A DNA stretch of 32,000 bases from assembly GCF_003633715.1 (NCBI RefSeq), contig NZ_RBIE01000001.1:515833-547832 (forward strand), in the 5' to 3' direction. How positions within the stretch are numbered: the first letter of the stretch is position 1; each line of letters opens with the position of its first letter. Made by a program: the position numbers and the translations under genes. Under the pieces are notes generated by a model. The model searched no databases and was not told the origin of the DNA. It was given only the letters and a program-made list of their open reading frames with translations. The DNA comes from Thermovibrio guaymasensis (GTDB lineage: Bacteria; Aquificota; Aquificia; Desulfurobacteriales; Desulfurobacteriaceae). Of the stretch, positions 16,978 through 26,361 are shown piece by piece.

Positions 16978-17357
16978 GTCAACCTCTTAACTATTTCCGG
17001 CAAAAGGAACTTTACATCAAGGGCTAGGGCAAAGAGCCCGATTGACAGAACCGCTGCAGCAGAGGCGTCCTTTGCCAGCTTAGCGCTTTCCCGATACTCT
17101 CTAGTTGCCGTATCTACGGCCCTTTCAACTGCAGTGTTAATAAGTTCAGCTACAAAGACCAGGTAGTTTGAAAGGGCTACTATTAATGATAGTTCTCCTT
17201 TAAGGAAGGCTATTGATAGCCCCGTTCCAAGCATACTTAGGAAGAAGTTTATCCTATAGTGTCTATCCTCCTTGAAGGCACCTTTGTAGCCGTCAAGTGC
17301 GTAGCTAAGTCCCTTTACTATTCCTAGTACTGTCTCTTTCATCTTCCGGGTACTCAA
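16971..17357 (-). CDS. dgkA: Diacylglycerol kinase (undecaprenol kinase type)
   Basis: 128 aa, 'YALDGYKGAFKEDRHYRINFFLS' and 'VFVAELINTAVERAVDTATREYRESAKLAKDASAAAVLSIG', the DagK_prokar signature. Confidence 0.93.
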   Translation of the reverse strand: MSTRKMKETVLGIVKGLSYALDGYKGAFKEDRHYRINFFLSMLGTGLSIAFLKGELSLIVALSNYLVFVAELINTAVERAVDTATREYRESAKLAKDASAAAVLSIGLFALALDVKFLLPEIVKRLTW

Positions 17358-19368
17358 TCCTGTTATGGTAGATTCCGGAGAGGACCTTTTTAAAGACCTT
17401 CTCTATAATGGAGATGTCCTTTAAGGAGAGTCCACTCTGGTTAAGCTGCCCATCTTCAATGATGTCCATTATTAACTGGTGAATAACCTTGTCAAGGTCA
17501 AACTCTTTACCACTATTCTTCATTGAACGGACTGCTGCCTCAACTGTATCTGCAAGCATTACGATTCCAGACTCCTTAAACTGGGGTTTTGGACCCGGGT
17601 AGCGGAACAGCCTTTCATCAACCTTATCTTCACCGTACATCTCCTTTGCTTTATGGTAAAAGTACTTCATTAACTTCGTTCCGTGGTGCTGCTTTATTAT
17701 ATCTATGACCTTTTTGGGTAGTTTGTACTTCCTTCCAAGCTCCTCTCCGTATTCTACGTGGGAGCGCAAGATTGCAGCGCTCTTTTCTGGGGGTAGTTTG
17801 TCGTGGATGTTGACTCCTCCTATCTGGTTCTCTATAAAGGCTTGCGGGTTTTTGAGCTTCCCTATATCGTGGAAGAGAGCTCCTGCCTTTGCAAGCAGGG
17901 CGTTTGCTCCAATCGCTTCGGCTGCTGCTTCAGAGAGGGTTGCCACCATTACAGAGTGGCTGTAAGTTCCCGGGGCTTTTAGGATTAACTTCCTCAGGAG
18001 GGGATGGTTAAGGTTGATTAGCTCCATATAAACTATATCTGTAGTAAAGTTGAAGAGGTTTATTATTATTGGACTTAACCCGTTTACTACTACTGCGGTT
18101 ATTAGAGCTCCTACGAACATTAAAATAGGCTCAAACCAGAGCTCTCCCTTTACCCTGTTTCCAAACAGGTAAATGTAAAGTAGGAGGTTAACGAAGATAG
18201 TTACTGTAAATCCCTTAAAGGCTGCTTTGTATATTACCTCCCTGCTTTTGAACTTCCTTGAGTCAAAGGCACTGAAGAAGGAGCCTACTGAAACCGGAAT
18301 TATGAGGAGGAATGGTTTTGAGAGCGTAAAACCTGAGATAAAGGTTACAGGCACAGAGTGAATTACCGCTACTTTCTTGTTTATAAACATTGAAGCAAAG
18401 ATGACCGACGTAACTACGGGAACGTAGATTAAACTCTCTTCAACCGGTAGGTTAAGGCTCTGTATTGTTAACTTTGCAAGGAAGGTGAAGAACTTAATAA
18501 GGAAGATATCAAGGGTTATCACTGAAAAGGAAAAGAGAACGTTTTTAACGTTAAAGGCAGAAGGGCTTATGATTTTGTAGAGCCTGATTACAGAGTAGTA
18601 GAGGATCAGAGATAGTAAGAAGATGGATATATACTTATTTAAGCTCCTCCCTCTGCTCTTTGCTTCCCTCAGGGCCTCAAGTTTTAGTTCGGCTTCCGGG
18701 GTTACCCTTTCTCCCTTCCTTAGGATTATCTCTCCCTTTTTAAGTTCAACTACTACAGGCTTAACGCTCTCTCTGGCCTTTTCCCAGAGTAGGGAGCTCC
18801 TTTCTCTGTTAAAGACGTAGTTAGGTTTGATTTTTAATCTATTTACAGTTTCCTCTACAGTTTTTTTGTCCTTTATAAACTTTGAGAGGTCTTCCTTTAG
18901 GAGCCTTTTAACGTCTTTCTCCCTTAAGAATACATCAACTTTCTCCTTTTTCTTCTTTCCCGGACCGTATGATACTGTGACTTCACTGTAGCCTTCAGGT
19001 AGTTCTGAGAGGATTCCCCTTTTGTAGTATGAGGAGACTATTTCCTTTAAGACTTCTTTTTCTTTCTTTGAGAGGAAGGGAAGTTCCTCTATCTCTCTAA
19101 AAGTCTCCCTCTCGTTTTTGGGTTGGTATTCAACTATTGGAAGGACTTTCTTTACTGCCTCTTCCCTCAGTTTCTCAGTTGCCCTCTTGTTTTCAACCTT
19201 TAAGTTGACAGGTGAGCGGACATCAACAGAGCTCACTTGGCCAACCTTCAGGTTTGGCAAGTTTATAAAGTTAAAGGGAAGCATAAAGAGGGTTGCAAAG
19301 ATACTTGCAACTAAGAGAGCCCCGTATATCGTGAGTTTAGTCTTCTTCTCTTCCTTCATGCTCTTCAT
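17305..19368 (-). CDS. 7TM-HD phosphohydrolase (PgpH-like, probable c-di-AMP phosphodiesterase family)
   Basis: 687 aa. Extracytoplasmic 7TMR-HDED-like N-terminus, multiple TMs, HD domain 'APGTYSHSVMVATLSEAAAEAIGANALLAKAGALFHDIGKL'. Confidence 0.9.
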   Translation of the reverse strand: MKSMKEEKKTKLTIYGALLVASIFATLFMLPFNFINLPNLKVGQVSSVDVRSPVNLKVENKRATEKLREEAVKKVLPIVEYQPKNERETFREIEELPFLSKKEKEVLKEIVSSYYKRGILSELPEGYSEVTVSYGPGKKKKEKVDVFLREKDVKRLLKEDLSKFIKDKKTVEETVNRLKIKPNYVFNRERSSLLWEKARESVKPVVVELKKGEIILRKGERVTPEAELKLEALREAKSRGRSLNKYISIFLLSLILYYSVIRLYKIISPSAFNVKNVLFSFSVITLDIFLIKFFTFLAKLTIQSLNLPVEESLIYVPVVTSVIFASMFINKKVAVIHSVPVTFISGFTLSKPFLLIIPVSVGSFFSAFDSRKFKSREVIYKAAFKGFTVTIFVNLLLYIYLFGNRVKGELWFEPILMFVGALITAVVVNGLSPIIINLFNFTTDIVYMELINLNHPLLRKLILKAPGTYSHSVMVATLSEAAAEAIGANALLAKAGALFHDIGKLKNPQAFIENQIGGVNIHDKLPPEKSAAILRSHVEYGEELGRKYKLPKKVIDIIKQHHGTKLMKYFYHKAKEMYGEDKVDERLFRYPGPKPQFKESGIVMLADTVEAAVRSMKNSGKEFDLDKVIHQLIMDIIEDGQLNQSGLSLKDISIIEKVFKKVLSGIYHNRIEYPEDERDSTRNSKGT

Positions 19369-20296
19369 AAGCCTTAATAATCTCCTGAACCAGTCTATGC
19401 CTTACTACGTCTTCCCTTGAGAACTCTACTATCTCTATTCCCTTGATTCCCCTTAAGATTTTAACTGCTTCAACGAGTCCTGAACGTTTCTTTGACGGTA
19501 GGTCAATTTGTGTAACGTCTCCCGTTATGACAACCTTTGAGCCGAACCCAAGTCTCGTTAAGAACATCTTCATCTGCTCTCTCGTTGTATTCTGAGCTTC
19601 GTCAAGGATTATGAAGGCTTCGTTTAAGGTTCTTCCCCTCATGTAGGCAAGGGGAGCTATCTCAAATATGTTCCTCTCAAGGTAAGAGTTAACTTTTTCA
19701 GGTTCAATCATTTCAAATAGTGCGTCGTAGAGGGGCTTAAGGTAAGGGTCTATCTTTTCCTGAAGGGTCCCCGGTAGGAATCCTAACTTCTCACCGGCCT
19801 CTACTGCGGGCCTTGTAAGGATTATCCTGTTAACCTTTCCCTTCTTGAAGTAAGAGACTGCCATTGCTACTGCTAAGTAAGTCTTTCCGGTTCCTGCAGG
19901 GCCGATTCCGAAAACTACATCGTTGTTCCTTATAGCTTCGGCGTACCTCTTCTGGGTAGGTGTCTTTGCAACGATTTTCTTTCCCCTGTAAGTTGTAACT
20001 ATTACATCCTGGGAGAGCTCCTTCGCTTTTGACTCCCTTCTAGCTGAGAGCTGAGTAAGGTACATATCAACGTCTGCCTTTGTTAATTTATGGCCTGATT
20101 TAACTAGTCCTTCTAAGTCCTTCAAAAACTCCTTGGCTCTTTCCTCACTTTCGGCACTTCCGTTTATGAGGATTTCATTTCCCCTTGAGCCCAGTTTCAC
20201 GTTAAGTATCTGCGCTAGCTTCTTTAGGTTTTCCTCATGGTGACCTACTATGGTGTAGAAGTCTTCAGGCTCAAGTTCAAGAATTACCTTTATCAA
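19337..20296 (-). CDS. PhoH-family ATPase
   Basis: 319 aa. Walker A 'FGIGPAGTGKTYLAVAMAV', 'RPAVEAGEKLGFLPGTLQEKIDPYLKPLYDAL', 'AFIILDEAQNTTREQMKMFLTRLGFGSKVVITGDVTQIDLP'. Confidence 0.95.
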   Translation of the reverse strand: MIKVILELEPEDFYTIVGHHEENLKKLAQILNVKLGSRGNEILINGSAESEERAKEFLKDLEGLVKSGHKLTKADVDMYLTQLSARRESKAKELSQDVIVTTYRGKKIVAKTPTQKRYAEAIRNNDVVFGIGPAGTGKTYLAVAMAVSYFKKGKVNRIILTRPAVEAGEKLGFLPGTLQEKIDPYLKPLYDALFEMIEPEKVNSYLERNIFEIAPLAYMRGRTLNEAFIILDEAQNTTREQMKMFLTRLGFGSKVVITGDVTQIDLPSKKRSGLVEAVKILRGIKGIEIVEFSREDVVRHRLVQEIIKAYEEHEGREED

Positions 20297-21966
20297 TTTT
20301 TTCCTCCTGATGGTTTTTCTATCTCTAATTTAAGCTTATTCCTGAACCAAATATCGTTCTGAGGGAACGGAATTTCTATTCCCTCCTCCTTTAGTTTGTA
20401 CCAGACTTTGTAGTAGAAGTCGCTGACAACTCTCTTTACCCATACGTTTTTCCTAACATCTATCCAGAACATGGCTTTAAATATGAGAGCGCTATCTCCA
20501 AGTTCTTCAAACTGAACGTTCTTAGGGAGGAACCTTACAACGTAGGGAAGTTCATCAATAACCCTTTCCAGGATTTCCTTTACTTTGAGGGGGTCTGAGG
20601 AGTAGGCTACTCCGATTGGAACTTTCAGCCTAACGAAGGGGTCTTTGAGTGAAAAGTTTACTATCGGAGAGTTTATGAAGTTAGAGTTTGGGATTGAAAT
20701 CTCAACTCCGTCGTTTGTCCTGACAATCGTTGAGAGTATTCCAATGTCTTCAACCTTACCAAATACGCTCGTTTGGACTTCTCCTAGAGTTGAGATGGAT
20801 ATGGAGGGGAGTTCCACTATATCTCCAACTTTCAACTTTTTGCTGAATAGAAGTATAAATCCACTAACGTAGTTGTTCATAATGGTTTGGAGTCCAAATC
20901 CCAGTCCAACTCCCAACGTTCCTGCAATTGGTAAGATTACTTTCCACGTTATTCCTAAAGTTGAGAGGAGAATGATTGAGTTAAAGAGAACTCCCAAGTT
21001 GAAAATCAGCGCCTCTGCAGAACCTCCCTCAACCTCCCTCCTCTCCTTTGGGAAGAAGAGCTTTACTAGTTTCTTTCCAATTCCTAAAAGGCTGAAAAGG
21101 ATTAAAGCAGTTACTGTAAAGTCTACAATGTTTCCTATAGAAATCTTTACTAGGTCTGTCTTTATTAAGTAAACTCCGTATATCTTGGAGAAGAAATCTG
21201 AGAAGTTTGAGGATAACTCAAGTATTTTAATGGCGAGAATGGCGTAGATTACTGTAACCAACCTTTTTGAGTTTGCAGTTACTACATCTATATCTTTATC
21301 TGTAAATTCTTCTAACAGCTCTTCTGCCGCTTTTGGAATTAGTTTTGAGTAGATTATTGTGTATACTGCAGTTAGTAAAATAATTAAAGCTATTCCAATT
21401 AGCGAATGGAAGTTGAATTTAAGGTACTCAAAGAGCCATAGGAAGAAAATTGCAGTTAAGATAGAGAAACTCGTATATCTGAATACTCTAGATATCGTCT
21501 CGTTCTTAAACGTGTAACTTAACTGCCACGTTACTGATAAGATTCCAAGGTAAATGAAGAACTTCTTTCCGTAAATCAGTAACTTTAAAACCTTTTCATT
21601 CTGTACTGGAAGGTAGATGAAAAGGAGGGAGAGGATAAGTGCAGAAGTGAAGGATAGGTAAGCTAGGATTTTTCCTATTTTCCCTTGTTGAGTTATTAGG
21701 TTAGTAGCCCTTGTTAAGTAAAGTGCAGAGACAAAGAGGGTTAAATTCCTTAAGGTTTCCTTTAGGTTCCACTCCTTGTATAGGTTAGAGAGTTCCCAGC
21801 CGATCCAGAAGAGAATGAGGGAGAAAAGGACAAAGACAACTGCGTCCGCTAAGAGTTTCTCCCTTATTTTCCTGAAGGCGAATTTCCTCAGCAGGTTTTC
21901 AATGAGGAGAGAGAGAATAACCGATAAGGTAAAGAAGATTATGGGCTGAAGGTTAATCAATCTCAA
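20293..21966 (-). CDS. Mechanosensitive ion channel (MscS family) with extended N-terminal TM region
   Basis: 557 aa. MscS core 'IILLSTLGITWKVILPIAGTLGVGLGFGLQTIMNNYVSGFILLFSKKLKVGDIVEL' plus 'VRTNDGVEISIPNSNFINSPIVNFS'. Confidence 0.92.
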   Translation of the reverse strand: MRLINLQPIIFFTLSVILSLLIENLLRKFAFRKIREKLLADAVVFVLFSLILFWIGWELSNLYKEWNLKETLRNLTLFVSALYLTRATNLITQQGKIGKILAYLSFTSALILSLLFIYLPVQNEKVLKLLIYGKKFFIYLGILSVTWQLSYTFKNETISRVFRYTSFSILTAIFFLWLFEYLKFNFHSLIGIALIILLTAVYTIIYSKLIPKAAEELLEEFTDKDIDVVTANSKRLVTVIYAILAIKILELSSNFSDFFSKIYGVYLIKTDLVKISIGNIVDFTVTALILFSLLGIGKKLVKLFFPKERREVEGGSAEALIFNLGVLFNSIILLSTLGITWKVILPIAGTLGVGLGFGLQTIMNNYVSGFILLFSKKLKVGDIVELPSISISTLGEVQTSVFGKVEDIGILSTIVRTNDGVEISIPNSNFINSPIVNFSLKDPFVRLKVPIGVAYSSDPLKVKEILERVIDELPYVVRFLPKNVQFEELGDSALIFKAMFWIDVRKNVWVKRVVSDFYYKVWYKLKEEGIEIPFPQNDIWFRNKLKLEIEKPSGGKN

Positions 21967-24616
21967 CTTCTGAAAATCCCCCTACTTTCCTAAGTTTTAT
22001 TACCCTGTCTGCCACTACTTCAAGCTCTTGGTCGTGAGTAACTATCACCATTTGAGGTATCGTTCCCTTTAATTTCATGAGGAGCTCTGTGAGGGCAATT
22101 CTCCTTTCCCTATCAAGGTGAATCGTTGGCTCGTCAAGAATTAGGGTTTTCAGGCTCATCTTTGAAAACTGTTTAGCCATTGCAAACCTTAGTGCTAGGG
22201 CAAAGGCTATCTGTTGGCCTCCTGAAAGTTCTTCAAGGGACATCTCTCCCATTGAGGGAACCACTACTTTAATTGAGAGGTCTTCATCAACCTTAATCCT
22301 GCTGAACTCAAAGCCAAACAGTTCAAATAGTTCTTTAGCATGTTTCTCAATTTGGGGGAGAAGTCTCTTCCTCACGAGTGTGAGAAAGCCCTTTTCAGGG
22401 TGAACGGTTTGAGAGAGTTTCTCAAGGATTAACAGCGAATCTCTCAGCTTCAAAAGGCCTCTCTTCTCCCTTTCAACCTCTTCCATTTCCCCCTTTAGCT
22501 CTTCAACCTGTTTCTCTATCTGTTTTATCTCTCCTGAAATCCTTGAAATCTCCGAAATTAAGTCTTCCTTCTCCTCTTCCTTTTGCTTTACGTTCTCCTC
22601 AAGGAGTTTATAGTAGTCCTCGTTAAAGTCTATCCCACCGATCTTTTTACCAATTTGTTCCAGTTCTTCTTCCTTTTCCTTTCTCTCTCGGGATAGCTTC
22701 TTGAGCCTGTCCTTTAGGAAGGTTTCGTTTTTGAGCTCTCCCTCAAGTTTGTTCTTTTCCCTCTCTTTCCTTAGTAGTTCTTCATACTTCTTTTCAACCT
22801 TATGTAGATCGTGGTTTAACCTATCTCCCCACTCCTCCTCTAGAGTTTTTAACTCTTCCTTTAAATTTGAAATATCTTTCTCTAAATCCTTTGAGCTCCT
22901 ATTTTTCAAATTCCTTTCAATCTGCTCCTCTTCCCTCTTGAGAGCTCTAACTTCCCCCTGAACTTCATTAAGTTCTTTCCTTACTCTCTCCCACTCTTTC
23001 TCTAGACTTTCAACTTCCTCCTTTAGCTTTTCTAGTGGTTCTGAAGGAAGTTCCCCCTTTAACTTCTCCAGTTTACTTTCAACTTCACCCTTCCTCTCTT
23101 TAAATCCCTTTAGCCTCTCCGACTTTAGGCTCTCCTCCCTTAAAGCTTTCCTTAGGATTTCAATTTCTCTCTTTAGTTGACTTTCTCTCTCCTTCAGTCC
23201 TTTAAATCTCTCCCTTAGACTTTTAAACTCTTCCCTCATTCTGTTTAAAATTCCTTCCCTTTCTTCCTCTGAAAGGGGTCTTCTACATACTGGACATTCG
23301 GCTTCAGAGCTCTCCTTCAGGAGCTCCCCTCTCTCCTTTAACTCCTTCAATTTCTCCCCAACTTCGGCCTTAAGGTTTCTAGTCTCTTCTAATTCCTTCT
23401 CTACCTCCTTTAGCTTCCTCTCAATCTCTTCTAACTTTACTTCTCCAAATGCCTCTATCCTTTCATTAACCTTTTTAAGCTCTTTTGAGAGTTCATTTAG
23501 GTACTTAAGAACCTGTTCTGCCCTTGTTAACTCCTCTTTTTTTTCCCTTAGCCTGTTGTTTAACGCACACTCCTCTTCCTTTAGTACTCCTTCCCTCTCT
23601 CTGAGTTTTGGTAGGAGCTCTTTTAACTCTCCTAACCTTCTTTCCTTCTCCTTAATGTCCTTAAGCTCTCCCTCTCTGATCTCTATCTCCCTCCTTAAGT
23701 TCCTAACCTTCCTCAGAATCTCAAGGAGGTTCTTGACCTTCTCTATCGGTTCAGTTTCCCTTTCCAAGATGGCAATCCTCTCCCTTACACCCTCTAGCTC
23801 TTTTAACTTCTTCTTTACGCTAACCTCTTCCTCTGAAAGCTTTTCTATTTCCCTCTCTAACCTTTCCTTAGTTTCACTTAACCTTAAGTAAAGGTTCCTC
23901 TCTTCCTCTAACTTTGAGAGCTTTTCCTTTAGTTCTTTTAGCCTTTCTTCAACCTTTCTCTTTTCTTCCGATAGCTTCTTTCTCTCCTCTTCCTTTTCCC
24001 TTAGGAGTTCAATGAGTTTGCTTTCCTTCTCCTTCAGTCTCTCTCCCTCTAAAACTTTTTCCTCAAGGAACCCTTTAATATTTCTGAGCTCTTTAAGCTT
24101 TAGGTTAAGGGCCTCATACTTCTTTCCAAACTCCTCAAGGCCTAAGAGCCTGTTGAGTATCTGTCTCCTTTCCTTTGGAGTTCCCTTAAAAAGTTCTGTA
24201 ATCTCCCCCTGAGGAACGAAGATTGTATTTTTAAGGGTGTTTGGCTCGAGTCCTAGGTTTTCAGATAGGAACCTGGATACCTCTTTTGTCCTTTCGGCAA
24301 CTAGAGTATCACCTTTAAAGAGCCTTGCCTCGTTTTTCCTTACGGATATTACCCTTTCAACTCTGTATCGGTTTCCTTTACTTATGAAAGTTAGAGAGAG
24401 CCTTGCGGAGTTTGAAGTTCTGTTTATCAGGTTCTCCCTCTTTACTTTCCTTCCTTCAAGGTCCTCTCCAAAGAGGGCAAAGAAGATTCCCCTTAAGATC
24501 GAGGTTTTTCCAGATGCGTTGTGGCCGATTATTACGAAGGTTTCATCTGTGAAGGGAATTGTAGTTTCCCTGTGAGAGAGGAAGTTCTTGAGTTTTAATT
24601 CCCTTAGACTAATCAA
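21953..24616 (-). CDS. Rad50/SbcC-like SMC-family ATPase
   Basis: 887 aa. Walker A 'GHNASGKTSIL', long coiled coils around a single zinc-hook CxxC ('ECPVCRRPLSE'), signature 'LSGGQ', Walker B 'LKTLILDEPTIHLD'. TTG start with a GGAGG Shine-Dalgarno. Confidence 0.93.
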   Translation of the reverse strand: MISLRELKLKNFLSHRETTIPFTDETFVIIGHNASGKTSILRGIFFALFGEDLEGRKVKRENLINRTSNSARLSLTFISKGNRYRVERVISVRKNEARLFKGDTLVAERTKEVSRFLSENLGLEPNTLKNTIFVPQGEITELFKGTPKERRQILNRLLGLEEFGKKYEALNLKLKELRNIKGFLEEKVLEGERLKEKESKLIELLREKEEERKKLSEEKRKVEERLKELKEKLSKLEEERNLYLRLSETKERLEREIEKLSEEEVSVKKKLKELEGVRERIAILERETEPIEKVKNLLEILRKVRNLRREIEIREGELKDIKEKERRLGELKELLPKLREREGVLKEEECALNNRLREKKEELTRAEQVLKYLNELSKELKKVNERIEAFGEVKLEEIERKLKEVEKELEETRNLKAEVGEKLKELKERGELLKESSEAECPVCRRPLSEEEREGILNRMREEFKSLRERFKGLKERESQLKREIEILRKALREESLKSERLKGFKERKGEVESKLEKLKGELPSEPLEKLKEEVESLEKEWERVRKELNEVQGEVRALKREEEQIERNLKNRSSKDLEKDISNLKEELKTLEEEWGDRLNHDLHKVEKKYEELLRKEREKNKLEGELKNETFLKDRLKKLSRERKEKEEELEQIGKKIGGIDFNEDYYKLLEENVKQKEEEKEDLISEISRISGEIKQIEKQVEELKGEMEEVEREKRGLLKLRDSLLILEKLSQTVHPEKGFLTLVRKRLLPQIEKHAKELFELFGFEFSRIKVDEDLSIKVVVPSMGEMSLEELSGGQQIAFALALRFAMAKQFSKMSLKTLILDEPTIHLDRERRIALTELLMKLKGTIPQMVIVTHDQELEVVADRVIKLRKVGGFSEVEID

Positions 24617-24768
24617 GTTATCTCCTCCCTTTCAAACTCGTTCTCCACTTCCTTCCTTTTATTGACCTTTCTCTTTCCTTCCCTCAGGATAACTGTAAAG
24701 CAGAAGACTACAAAGGAGAAGACAACTATCCAGGCAAAGTTCATAAATAGGAGGGAACTTCCTTTCAT
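24613..24768 (-). CDS. Small single-TM protein, likely NSS transporter small subunit (MetS-like); absent from supplied ORF track
   Basis: Manual translation: [51 protein letters not shown] (51 aa). AAGGAGGT Shine-Dalgarno 7 nt upstream of ATG. ATGA overlap with the NSS transporter stop, and TTGA overlap of its stop with the Rad50-like gene start. Confidence 0.82.
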   Translation of the reverse strand: MKGSSLLFMNFAWIVVFSFVVFCFTVILREGKRKVNKRKEVENEFEREEIT

Positions 24769-26273
24769 TCTTCTAACCTCCTTCTCTTTCTATCTGCAAG
24801 GTAGACCATGAAGAGCTGAAGTGCCAGTATGAGAACCATTACAAACCTTGCAAACCATACTTGAGGATCGCTCTGGAGGAGCTTTGAGGGAAGAGATGAG
24901 ATCGTCCACGCAGAGAGGATGATGAGTAGAGAAACTGGTGTAACGTACTTTAGGATGTAGTAGTAAACCCTGGGAACTTTAAAGAGAGCTCCCCTGTTAA
25001 TCTCCTCCCAGGCCCTCTTTCCTCCGAAGAACCAGAAGAAGACTATAACTTCAAGGAAGGCAAAGAGGACTACGAAGAAAGTTCCGGCCCAGAAGTCCAT
25101 CTCGTCAAGGGCCTTAGGCATAAATATCGGAATCTGGGCTACCAGAAATGTAAATATTACTGTAACCGTTACTGCCGTTTTCCTTGAAAGGCCGAATTCG
25201 TCCTCAAGGAAGGCTATTATTGGCATACTTATTGCCACAGAAGAAGTTGCTCCTGCAAAGAAGAGGAGGAAGAACCAGATAAACCCCAGGAAGTTTCCTC
25301 CCGTTAAGTTTGAGAAGATTGCGGGAAGGCTAACGAAGGCAAGGTTAAAAGCTCCGCTGTGAGCAACGGCAGTTGCGTTCATAACTCCGAAGAAGGCCAC
25401 TGCAGCCGGTATTGCAATTGAACCTCCGAGTATTACCTCTGCAAGCTCGTTGAGTGAAGCTGAAGCAAGCCCTGAGGCCACTATGTCATCGTCCTTCTTT
25501 ATGTATGAAGCGTAAGTTATTATTGCTCCAAAGCCTAGTGAGAGGGTGAAGAAGACCTGGCCTGCAGCTGCAAGCCATACCTTTGGGTTTGAGAGCTGAC
25601 TGAAATCGGGATGCCATAGGAAATCTAGACCTTGAACGGCCGTCCCGTTAGGCGTTTCAATGAGGATTACCCTAACCATTAGTGCAAAGGCAAGTATGAA
25701 AAGAGTCGGCATCGCAACTTTTGCGAACTTCTCAATTCCTCCCTTGATTCCCCTGTAGAGGATGTAGGCGTTAAAAGCTACCGTTAAAAGGAAGAATACG
25801 TAAGCAGTTACAGAAGGCCTTGTATAGTTCTCTAAGAATTCCTGAAATGGCTTTAGGAACTGGCCCTGGGACAGGTTAGGGTCGGGATGGGGAAGGAGCC
25901 CCAGGAGAGAGAATACGGAGTAGCCTAGTGTCCACGATTCAATGTATATGTAGTAGCACAGAACTATGAATGGGACGAAGAGGCCTAGAGCTCCGATGTA
26001 CTTTGAAATTGGATTTTTCCATAGGAGCTGAAATATTGCAGGTGTCGTTCCATGGCCCTTAGCCCCTCCGTACCTTCCTATGGCCCACTCAGTCCACATT
26101 AGAGGTATTGCAATTATTAACATTGCGATCATGTAGGGTATCATAAAGGCACCGCCGCCGTTGTCTGCTGCCTGAGTTGGAAACCTTAGGAAATTTCCAA
26201 GGCCAACTGCGTTTCCCGCCATCGCAAGAATCAGTCCCAGCCTGCTTCCCCAGTGTTCTCTAACTTGAGCCAT
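24765..26273 (-). CDS. Neurotransmitter:sodium symporter (NSS) family transporter
   Basis: 502 aa. NSS signature '[40 protein letters not shown]', and '[18 protein letters not shown]'. Confidence 0.95.
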   Translation of the reverse strand: MAQVREHWGSRLGLILAMAGNAVGLGNFLRFPTQAADNGGGAFMIPYMIAMLIIAIPLMWTEWAIGRYGGAKGHGTTPAIFQLLWKNPISKYIGALGLFVPFIVLCYYIYIESWTLGYSVFSLLGLLPHPDPNLSQGQFLKPFQEFLENYTRPSVTAYVFFLLTVAFNAYILYRGIKGGIEKFAKVAMPTLFILAFALMVRVILIETPNGTAVQGLDFLWHPDFSQLSNPKVWLAAAGQVFFTLSLGFGAIITYASYIKKDDDIVASGLASASLNELAEVILGGSIAIPAAVAFFGVMNATAVAHSGAFNLAFVSLPAIFSNLTGGNFLGFIWFFLLFFAGATSSVAISMPIIAFLEDEFGLSRKTAVTVTVIFTFLVAQIPIFMPKALDEMDFWAGTFFVVLFAFLEVIVFFWFFGGKRAWEEINRGALFKVPRVYYYILKYVTPVSLLIILSAWTISSLPSKLLQSDPQVWFARFVMVLILALQLFMVYLADRKRRRLEE

Positions 26274-26361
26274 ACTTCCCCTCCGCTGAAAGAGTGCTGG
26301 ATTATTATAGCTTTAAAGGATATGTTTATAATTTTTGAAATTTTTATTCTGGAGAACAGAG

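Noticed and set aside
21953-24616. Repeat-like purine/pyrimidine-rich tracts over the Rad50-like gene
   Set aside because: Explained by Glu/Lys/Leu-rich coiled-coil codons, not a DNA repeat or CRISPR.
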